A DNA stretch of 64,000 bases from Pseudomonadota bacterium (GTDB lineage Bacteria > Myxococcota_A > UBA796 > SXON01): positions 99,202-163,201 of the forward strand of contig JAUXTN010000093.1 in assembly GCA_030684355.1 (NCBI GenBank), in the 5' to 3' direction. The notes below the pieces were generated by a model that searched no databases, was not told where the DNA came from, and saw only the letters and a list, made by a program, of their open reading frames with translations. Below are positions 9,516 through 16,376 of the stretch, one piece after another (position 1 is the stretch's first letter; each line of letters begins with the position of its first letter). The translations under genes and the position numbers were made by a program.

Positions 9516-11186
9516 TCACCGCACCTGGCACCGGGTGAACACCGAGTCGCAGCGGAGGGTGACGGTGCTGTTTGGCACCAGGCGCAACTCGCCGGCCACG
9601 ATGGGCGCGCTGTCGCCGAACATCGCCTCGATCGTGTAGGCGCCGGCTGGCACGTCACCCATCGGGAACCGCTTGCCGTTAGCGACCAGCTCCACCGTTC
9701 GCGCGTTTCCCGTCGCGGAGACGTGAGCCGCGGAAGCTGTGGGCGTTGGCTCAGTGGGCACCGGCGTGGTGGGTCCGGCCTCGGCGCGCGGGGCTGCCGG
9801 AGTGGTCTTGGGAGCCGGCGTCGGCGGCTCCGTTCGTCGTGCGGCAGGGGGGCCGGCGGTCGGGCGAGGCACGGACGGCGCTGGGGTGGGCGGCTCTTGG
9901 GATGCGGCGACCGTGGAGGGCGCCGCCGGCTTGCCGTTTGTATCTGGAGAAGCCTCAGCGACGTGGCGAGGATCCGAGAGTGGCGGCGCGACCGAAGTCG
10001 CGGTCAGCTCCTGCCCACGTCCCAGCGCAAACCAGGCGAGGCCCGCGACGACCACCGCGACCCCGAACAGCACGATCAACCCCACTCCGCCGACCGCTGC
10101 GACCGTCCCGGCGGTCCGGACCGTCGAACCCGTTCGGGAGCCTGTGTCACCGGTCTGGCGCGCCGGAGGTGGGGTCACGCGTGCCTCGCGCGGGACCTTG
10201 ATGCTCTCCTCGAACACGACGCTGGCCGCTGCTTCGGCGGTCGACCCCTGCTCGACGAGCGTGCAACCGGACAGCTCGTCGGGGAGATCCTCGCGGTCGC
10301 GGAGCACGGGCGAGACGTGATCCTCAGCCCAGTCTCGGAGCGTCGGCCCGCCGGCATCGCCGCGGAGCCGGGCGGCGCGGCGCTCAATGTCGCGGACGGC
10401 GGGTCGCGTGCCGGGCTCGTACGCCATCATCTCGGCGACGAACTCGACCACGGGCACGGCGATTCCCGCCGCGAGGAGCGCGTCGAGTCCGGCGAGGAGA
10501 CGCGCCTCGTGCCGCTGCTCCTTGGAGGACGTCTTGCCGAATGCCACGCCGCCGAGCATCTCGTAGAGCACCGCGCCGAGCGCGTACACGTCGCCTTCGG
10601 GCCCGTCCACGAAGTCGAGCCGCTCGGGGGACATGTACCCGACCGAGCCGAACATCAGCGAGCGTGTCTCCGCCTCGCGGCCGGCGAATTCGGCGCGCGC
10701 GACGCCGAAGTCGAGGAGCTTGGTCTCGCCCGCCGCGGTGACCTGTATGTTGGAGGGCTTGATGTCGCGGTGGAGGAGGTGGAGGGGGTTTCCTTCCGGG
10801 CCGTTGCGGGTGTACGCGACGTGGAGGGCGCCCGCGACCTCTTCGAGGACGGTTAGCGCCACGGCCGGGGGGATCGTGCCCGCGGCGGCGATCACCTGTT
10901 TCAGGTCCGCCCCTTCGACGTACTCCATCACGACGGTCCAACGGCCCGAGAGGCGCACGAGACCGTCCACCTGGACGATGGCGCGATGGCGGAGGAGCCC
11001 GAGCACCCGCGCTTCGTCGCGCAGGCGGATGGCCATCTCGCCGACCTCCTCCATGTCGGGGTTGAGCACCTTCAGGGCGACGATCTTCGAAAAGCCGCCT
11101 TCGCCGGTCAGCTCCGCGCGGTAGACCGTGCCGAACCCGCCTCGCCCGACGGCGCCGAGGATCTTGTAGCGCCGCCCCTCTGTCAC
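9516..11186 (-). CDS. Ser/Thr protein kinase with one TM segment, a Pro/Thr-rich spacer and a small extracytoplasmic beta-rich C-terminal domain
   Basis: Kinase motifs are present: GRGGFGTVY, VALK, HRDIKPSNI, DFG, SPE. The TM segment is VAAVGGVGLIVLFGVAVVVAGLAWF. The start is GTG 11186, overlapping the upstream TGA (GTGA). The upstream part of the 831-aa track ORF is Arg-rich artefact. Confidence 0.9.
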   Translation of the reverse strand: MTEGRRYKILGAVGRGGFGTVYRAELTGEGGFSKIVALKVLNPDMEEVGEMAIRLRDEARVLGLLRHRAIVQVDGLVRLSGRWTVVMEYVEGADLKQVIAAAGTIPPAVALTVLEEVAGALHVAYTRNGPEGNPLHLLHRDIKPSNIQVTAAGETKLLDFGVARAEFAGREAETRSLMFGSVGYMSPERLDFVDGPEGDVYALGAVLYEMLGGVAFGKTSSKEQRHEARLLAGLDALLAAGIAVPVVEFVAEMMAYEPGTRPAVRDIERRAARLRGDAGGPTLRDWAEDHVSPVLRDREDLPDELSGCTLVEQGSTAEAAASVVFEESIKVPREARVTPPPARQTGDTGSRTGSTVRTAGTVAAVGGVGLIVLFGVAVVVAGLAWFALGRGQELTATSVAPPLSDPRHVAEASPDTNGKPAAPSTVAASQEPPTPAPSVPRPTAGPPAARRTEPPTPAPKTTPAAPRAEAGPTTPVPTEPTPTASAAHVSATGNARTVELVANGKRFPMGDVPAGAYTIEAMFGDSAPIVAGELRLVPNSTVTLRCDSVFTRCQVR

Positions 11187-12067
11187 CAGGCCACCGTCAC
11201 GATCGCCACGGCCCCGAGCCCGAGCGCGACGACCCCCGCTCCGATCGCCGAATAGCCGAGGGTGTTCGTGGTGCCTGCGAGCCCCTCGACCTCGTCCAGG
11301 GAGGTCGAGGGATCGTCGAATTCGGCGCGCGACGAGGCCGCAAGCCCATACAGGACGCCCGAGGCCGCTGCGGCGCCTCCCGCTGCGATCGCGATGGGGA
11401 GCGTCGGCTTGTGCTTCTTCTTCGTCGCCTTCGGAGCCGCGGTCGGTAGGGCCGTGGATGTCGATGCCGTCACCACGGCGGTCGTCTCTGCTTCGCGCTG
11501 GAACGCCGACCAGTCGGGGGCGGGCGCGTCGGCGAGGAGCACCGCGCTCCAGAGGACCTCGCCGTCCGAGGTCGCGAGTTGGACCAAGGTCTGTCGCTGG
11601 GTGGCACGGGCGGGGGCGCGGGCGCCATCGACATAGGCGAGCGTCCAGGCCGGCGTCGTGAGGTGCGCGACGGCGCCCATCGGCTGGTTCGCCGCCATCG
11701 CGTAGACGTTCGCCAGGGGGTTGCCCTCCGGCGCGATGGTGCTCGGGAGCTTGTAGGCGGGTTGGATGCTCACGGCGGCGCGGAACGCGGAGAGCGTGCG
11801 CAGCGTGTCCTGGGTCACGAACGCGTCGAGGCCGGCGAGGCGGTGCCACGCGGCGGCGTCGGGCGGCGTCAGGATCTCGACGAGGCAGGGTATGGCCGCG
11901 TCGGCCTGCTCGCGCGCGACGCGGAACGCGTCGAGGTCCATACCGACGTAGGCGATCTCCGCGGCGCTCACGGCCGAGGCGAGATCCGCCGCGGTCGTAC
12001 GGGAGGGGCACGCAGCCTGGGCGAACGAAAAGAACGCGAGTAGCAAGCGGACTCCGGAGGGGGGCAT
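11183..12067 (-). CDS. Hypothetical secreted protein with a C-terminal membrane anchor, co-transcribed with the kinase
   Basis: Signal-like N-terminus MPPSGVRLLLAFFSFAQAA. Composition is protein-like. A KKKHK patch is followed by two hydrophobic segments. There is a 4-nt overlap with the kinase start. Confidence 0.7.
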   Translation of the reverse strand: MPPSGVRLLLAFFSFAQAACPSRTTAADLASAVSAAEIAYVGMDLDAFRVAREQADAAIPCLVEILTPPDAAAWHRLAGLDAFVTQDTLRTLSAFRAAVSIQPAYKLPSTIAPEGNPLANVYAMAANQPMGAVAHLTTPAWTLAYVDGARAPARATQRQTLVQLATSDGEVLWSAVLLADAPAPDWSAFQREAETTAVVTASTSTALPTAAPKATKKKHKPTLPIAIAAGGAAAASGVLYGLAASSRAEFDDPSTSLDEVEGLAGTTNTLGYSAIGAGVVALGLGAVAIVTVAW

Positions 12068-12068
12068 G

Positions 12069-12401
12069 CTACCATCTGCCGCGCGAGCGCGAGCCCACTG
12101 CTATTGCTTCGAATGTAGCAGGGTGCGGCGATGTTCGGCGCCCCATCTTGACGCCCACTGCGTCTCGCGCCTTCCCCCAGTCGAGTCGGCGGACAGGCGG
12201 CGCCTCCGGCGGCGGGTCCCGGACCGTGAACGCCTCCCGGAGACGCTCGACCTCACGCTCGGGCGATGCCCTCCACCGTGCGCACGCCCGACGGTACCGT
12301 TCCCGCTGGCACGCCTCCGACGAGCAGCAGCGGTGGCGCGTTCCCGCGCGCGGCTCGGGTTCGAACCACTTTCGACAGATGCTGCAAGGGCGCTTCTTCA
12401 C
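12069..12401 (-). CDS. Small Cys-rich (zinc-ribbon-like) hypothetical protein
   Basis: MKKRPCSICRKWFEPEPRAGTRHRCCSSEACQRERYRRACARWRA..., with high GC3. Its stop lies 1 nt upstream of the next gene's ATG. Confidence 0.6.
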   Translation of the reverse strand: MKKRPCSICRKWFEPEPRAGTRHRCCSSEACQRERYRRACARWRASPEREVERLREAFTVRDPPPEAPPVRRLDWGKARDAVGVKMGRRTSPHPATFEAIAVGSRSRGRW

Positions 12402-12481
12402 CCCCTCGGTGGATCACGCTTCGGGCAGGATCCCAGCCTCGGCATTCCGGTTCAGGGCTCTCATCCCCTCCGCGATCTCGC

Positions 12482-12962
12482 TCATGGTTTCTGCGGCGCC
12501 TCGCCCACCTTCGCGAGAAAGTCCTCGACCAACGCATCGGCGAGCCGGAACCCGTCTGCCCGAAGCTCAGCGATCACCGGGTGCGCGAGTCCCAGTACGC
12601 CCGCGCGTTTCGCACCGGCAAGGACACCGAGCGTGCCGATGACGGCGAGCCCCATGCCGCTTGCCACGCTTCTCCCGCGCCGCTCGTCGATGAAGAGCGC
12701 GTCGGCGCCCAGGGACGAAGCCAGCAGAATCGCAGCGGTCTCACCTGGGTCCAAGCCGAGGTCGCGGAGCTCTGGATCCTCGACGATCGCGATCCAGGCC
12801 GCGGCTCGGACCATCGCAACGACCTCCAGGCGCGTCCCGGGCTGAATCAGCTCGGACCACACCTTCCACGACCACCTCGCCGAGAACGGCTCGAATCAAC
12901 TCCAGCCGGCCGATGCGCGCGAGGTGAAGGACCGGGGAGGTGTCCGCGACGACGATCGTCGG
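12482..12962 (-). pseudogene. DUF3368 (PIN-like) toxin-type gene, frameshifted and without a usable start (copy 1)
   Basis: The N-terminal block PTIVVADTSPVLHLARIGRLELIRAVLGEVVV lies in one frame. The remainder is in another frame: VWSELIQPG...LDPGETAAILLASSLGADALFIDERRGRSVASGMGLAVIGTLGVLAGAKRAGVL...ELRADGFRLADALVEDFL. The junction is near 12860. No ATG/GTG/TTG precedes the N-terminal block. Confidence 0.7.
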
Positions 12963-13177
12963 CGAGGCGAGTGGTCCGAGGCGAGCATCTCCAGCGTCGC
13001 CAGATCCTCCGCGATGTCGGTCGCGGAGACCCGTACGACGGGAACGCCGTGATCGCGCGCAAGATCGAGAAAGGCGGACGGCGCGAGCCCAACGCGCTCG
13101 CCGCTGCGGGCGGGAGCTGGTGAAAAAAGCGACGTTTCGCCATATGAAGCAGGTGAGGCGCACCGGCTGTGGTCCAT
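12963..13177 (-). pseudogene. UPF0175-like antitoxin remnant (copy 1)
   Basis: The core ERVGLAPSAFLDLARDHGVPVVRVSATDIAEDLATLEML resembles the UPF0175 family. The N-terminus is not protein-like. The frame reads through into the toxin region. Confidence 0.4.
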
Positions 13178-13201
13178 GCGGCCGCACCCCGCGTGCTGCC
13201 G

Positions 13202-13502
13202 CTACTCCTCGCCAACCCGGCGGAGCGCTTCCGCGACGAGCGCCGGCGAGATGCGGAAGCCTTCGCCCACGAGGGCCTCCAACACGGGCCTCAGGGCCAG
13301 GAGGGCTCCATGATGGCGGGCGTGCACCCAGCCAAGTCGCCGAGCGGAGTGCCGAAACGCCAGGGGCGTCGGGGCGGGCATCCACGACTTCCGCCCAGAC
13401 CGTCGCGGGGACGACGACCTCTCCGAAGGCTGTCGCCAGCAGGTCGAGAACACCTACACGCGACAGGTAGACCAGCGGTCAGCTGTCCGCGATGACCAGC
13501 AC
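13202..13502 (-). pseudogene. DUF3368 (PIN-like) toxin-type gene with a premature stop, a frameshift and an internal deletion (copy 2)
   Basis: GTG 13502 gives (M)LVIADS, then TGA at 13479..13481, then PLVYLSRVGVLDLLATAFGEVVVPATVWAEVVDARPDAPGVSALRSATWL. A frame change follows to ...ALLALRPVLEALVGEGFRISPALVAEALRRVGEE. The central GETAAI...IDERRGR block seen in copy 1 is missing. Confidence 0.7.
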
Positions 13503-13762
13503 GCCGACCTCAGCTGGCGGTCGAGTTCGCGGCGGAAGTCGTCGAGATCGTAGTCGATCGCGTACAACCCGTGCTTCCCGGCCTCGATCAGGAAGGCGTC
13601 GAGCGACATCCCGAGCGCGCGCGCGGCCGCCGCCCGCGTCAATCGCCCGCCGCGTACCTCGTCAATCACCAGCAGGAGCCGCGCGCGATCAGCCAGCGCC
13701 GCTGGAGGCTGCGCCGCCAGGGGGGCTGGAACGTCGAAGGTGATCCGAACTGCGTGGGCCAT
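13454..13762 (-). CDS. UPF0175 family antitoxin-like protein (copy 2, apparently intact)
   Basis: MAHAVRITFDVPAPLAAQPP...ARLLLVIDEVRGGRLTRAAAARALGMSLDAFLIEAGKHGLYAIDYDLDDFRRELDRQL. An alternative start is at 13774. Confidence 0.65.
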   Translation of the reverse strand: MAHAVRITFDVPAPLAAQPPAALADRARLLLVIDEVRGGRLTRAAAARALGMSLDAFLIEAGKHGLYAIDYDLDDFRRELDRQLRSACWSSRTADRWSTCRV

Positions 13763-13801
13763 CCCGATGAGCATAGCCCTGAAGCGCGCTGCGGCAATGG
13801 C

Positions 13802-14278
13802 CGGCCGTTCGGGGTGGACGTCGCATTCGCCGAACCGATCGTTGGGGAGCCCGACACCCTTCAGGGCGCGCCCTGGCTGGAGTTCGCCGGTATCGCGGTG
13901 ACAGTCGTCCGCGCCTACCCCGTCGCCACCCACGTCGCGGAGAAGCTGCACGCGTTCACGCTGCCAAGGCCAACTCCGAATTCTCGTGTCAAGGACCTCC
14001 CGGACATCGCAATCCTCGGGACCATCCGGGCGCTCACGAGCGCCGAGCTACGCGCCGCGATCGACTCGACTTTCCGACACCGGGGCACGCATCCCGTCCC
14101 TGCCGCACTCCCGGACGCGCCACTGGCGTGGGCCGCACCCTATGCCGACCTCGCCCGGCGCGATGGGCTGGCGTGGACGGACCTCGAAACCGTGACCGCC
14201 GCCGCCCGCGCGTTCGTCGACCCGGTCCTCGCCAATGCGTGCGAGGTCGCGTGGACTCCCGGGGAAGGCTGGCGATGA
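13802..14278 (+). pseudogene. AbiEii/AbiGii (DUF1814) nucleotidyltransferase toxin, C-terminal half only
   Basis: FGVDVAFAEPIVGEPDTLQG...VRAYPVATHVAEKLHAFTLPRPTPNSRVKDLPDIAILG...AELRAAIDSTFRHRGTHPVPAALPDAP matches the C-terminal half of the family. The N-terminal NTase half is absent, and the upstream part of the track ORF is antisense to the UPF0175 gene. Confidence 0.7.
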
Positions 14279-14465
14279 TCGAGGATCTACCTACCGGCGA
14301 CCCGCCGCGCCCGCGGCCTCGCGACATCCACGCGGGCCCACCCCCGGTTTATCAAGGTTGACCCCTCAGGCGGGCCTGGCGGCGGCTGGTGAAACTATCG
14401 TCCTTTCACCTATTGAAACGTGTCTTGATCACATACGGAGGAGCTTAGGGCCTCGGCCAATACCG

Positions 14466-14494
14466 TTGACGACGAGCGCGGTATCGCCTATGAT
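14466..14494 (+). promoter_or_regulatory. Near-consensus sigma70-type promoter (TTGACG-17 nt-TATGAT) predicting a leaderless PIN-toxin mRNA
   Basis: TTGACG lies at 14466..14471 and TATGAT at 14489..14494, with an exact 17-nt spacer. The GTG start at 14501 is 7 nt after the -10 box. There is no room for a Shine-Dalgarno sequence. Confidence 0.5.
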
Positions 14495-14500
14495 ACCAAC

Positions 14501-14920
14501 GTGATCATCGTCCTCGACACGAACGTGCTCGTCTCAGCGCTCCGGTCGCGGCGGGGAGCTTCGTTCCGCTTGCTCTCGCTCGTCGGCACCGGGCGCTTCG
14601 ACCTCGCGCTCTCGGTGCCGCTCATCCTCGAGTACGAGGCAGTCGCGGACCGGATGCTCGCAGACCTCGCCGTCTCGGCCGGCGACCTCTCGGACATCCT
14701 CGACTACCTCTGCTCGGTCGCCATCCACCGCCCCATCTTCTTCCTCTGGCGCCCGACGCTTCCCGACCCCAAGGATGACATGGTGTTGGAGCTCGCGGTC
14801 GATGCCGGCGCCCCCGTCATCGTCACGTTCAACCTGCGCGACTTCGTCGGCGTCGACCGCTTCGGCGTCCGCGCTCTCACCCCGCGTGAGTATCTTCAAG
14901 AGATCGGAGAAGTCCTATGA
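14501..14920 (+). CDS. PIN-domain toxin (TIGR00305-like putative toxin-antitoxin toxin component)
   Basis: (M)IIVLDTNVLVSALRSRRGASFRLL...PDPKDDMVLELAVDAGAPVIVTFNLRDF. The acidic PIN residues D6, E, D and N/D are present. Confidence 0.85.
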   Translation: MIIVLDTNVLVSALRSRRGASFRLLSLVGTGRFDLALSVPLILEYEAVADRMLADLAVSAGDLSDILDYLCSVAIHRPIFFLWRPTLPDPKDDMVLELAVDAGAPVIVTFNLRDFVGVDRFGVRALTPREYLQEIGEVL

Positions 14921-15153
14921 GCACGATCAGCGTCCGCCTCCCCGACTCGCTTCACGACGGCATCCGCGAGGCCGCCCGGCGCGAGGGCATCTCCATCAAT
15001 CAATTCATCGCGAGTGCCGCAGGCGAGAAGCTCGCCGCCTGGGCGACCGAGGAGTACCTGGCGGCGCGGGCGCGACGGGGTGATCGCGCGAAGTTCGAGG
15101 CTGCGCTCGGCCGGGTACCCGATCGGGAACCCGACCCCGAGGACGCGATCTGA
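14917..15153 (+). CDS. Ribbon-helix-helix / HicB-like antitoxin
   Basis: MSTISVRLPDSLHDGIREAARREGISINQFIASAAGEKLAAWATEEYLAARARRGDRAKFEAALGRVPDREP. It overlaps the toxin by 4 nt (ATGA). The gene order is toxin first. Confidence 0.8.
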   Translation: MSTISVRLPDSLHDGIREAARREGISINQFIASAAGEKLAAWATEEYLAARARRGDRAKFEAALGRVPDREPDPEDAI

Positions 15154-15240
15154 TCGGTTCACGCTCGCTTTCGCGGCGAGCGGACATCCGGTGTGTCGAG
15201 CACGTGGGGGTCAGGGTTGCGAAACGCGGCCTGGATGTGG

Positions 15241-15500
15241 CTACCAGACGCGCTCGATGGGGTACCGGTCGAACTCGTCGTCAGCGGTGAGGATAGGGAG
15301 CCCCTCGACCAGAGCTTGGGCCTCGAGCAGTCGGTCGAACGGGTCTGCATGACGCCGAGGTGACCCATCGGCATCGACCCAGTCCAGATCGGGGAGGCTC
15401 GCGGCCCGCAAGGCATGGGCCTGCTCGACGGGGACGACCGGCATCGGTTGATCGTGCGTGATTGAGGCCGCGAGATCGTCGCGCAACCAACCCACCCCCT
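15241..15500 (-). pseudogene. VapC-type PIN toxin, C-terminal half only
   Basis: ...PVVPVEQAHALRAASLP...HADPFDRLLEAQALVEGLPILTADDEFDRYPIERVW is the conserved C-terminal half of COG3744-like VapC proteins. The N-terminal LDTHxLLW half is absent. Confidence 0.6.
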
Positions 15501-15544
15501 CCGCCCTGCCACACTCGGACAGGGCCGTGGCACGTCCCGCAGCG

Positions 15545-15990
15545 GAGCCACGGGGTGAGCAAGCCACGCTCGCCCATCCGGAGCCGTATTGGCGCGATCG
15601 ATGTCGTTACGGGTCAGCGGGATGATGCCTTCGCGGCTGAGCCGCTCGGCGATGCGCATCCCACCGTCCGCACCCTCGACGTAGTCGCGGAAGATGCGCT
15701 GAACGGCCTCGACGGCAGTGGTGACGACGAGGCGCTGGCCGCCGGCGCTGTGGTCGATGGCGTAGCCGTAGACTGACCGCCCGCGCCTCCGATCGACGCC
15801 AGAAATCCTGCGTCCTTTTCGGGTCAACCCCGTCTTCATGGATGCGGGGGTCAGACGGCCCTCGAAGGAGAGTCCATGCCGATCACGTCGCCGACCGATT
15901 CCCAGAACCGCGTTGTCCTCGAGACGCCCGAGGCCGCCGGAGTGGCCAAGAAGGCCGACGACCCGGCCGCCGCGCCGACCCGCTGCGGCT
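15545..15990 (-). pseudogene. Large serine recombinase fragment (end of the resolvase domain plus the start of the recombinase domain)
   Basis: LSFEGRLTPASMKTGLTRKGRRISG..RRGRSVYGYAIDHSAGGQRLVVTTAVEAVQRIFRDYVEGADGGMRIAERLSREGIIP...GRAWLAHPVAPLRD follows the fEReli.eRt.aGl...G...GrppyGY...l.vde.eA.vVr.If..y..G...r.Ia..Ln.eGi pattern. The catalytic Ser region and the zinc-ribbon/coiled-coil part are missing. Confidence 0.55.
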
Positions 15991-16006
15991 GCCGCTGAGG
16001 TCATGG

Positions 16007-16309
16007 ATGAACCATCCCCAATCGAGCATGCCGGCGGTACCGGACCTCGACGCGCTGCTCCGGTCGTTCCAGGCGCCGTTGCGCGGCTTCGTCGCCAAGC
16101 GCGTCGCGAGCCCGTCCGAGGGCCTCACGCAGATCGAAGCGGCGAGCCGTGCGGGACTGTCACTCTCGGGGATGAAGTCTCGCGTTCAACGGGGCCGTGA
16201 ACAGCTCCGAGAGAGAGTGCTCGCGTGCTGCGAGGTCGACCTCGACCGACGCCGGAGCATTGCCCGATTCGAGAGCCGGGGCGCCGGCTGCGGCTGCGGA
16301 TCGCGCTGA
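16007..16309 (+). CDS. SigZ-like ECF sigma factor with an in-frame internal deletion (start of region 2.1 fused to region 4; 100 aa)
   Basis: The N-terminus reads LDALLRSFQAPLRGFVAKRVASPSE. It is joined directly to GLTQIEAASRAGLSLSGMKSRVQRGREQLRERVLACCEVDLDRRRSIARF...GCGCG. As I remember the family, both ends match the SigZ-type pattern (the CC motif after the region 4 HTH). Regions 2.2-3 are absent. Confidence 0.6.
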   Translation: MNHPQSSMPAVPDLDALLRSFQAPLRGFVAKRVASPSEGLTQIEAASRAGLSLSGMKSRVQRGREQLRERVLACCEVDLDRRRSIARFESRGAGCGCGSR

Positions 16310-16376
16310 GACTCCGTCCAAGCCACGATCCGTCGATTTGTTCCAACCACACCCATTCCGATTTGGAAAACCAACC

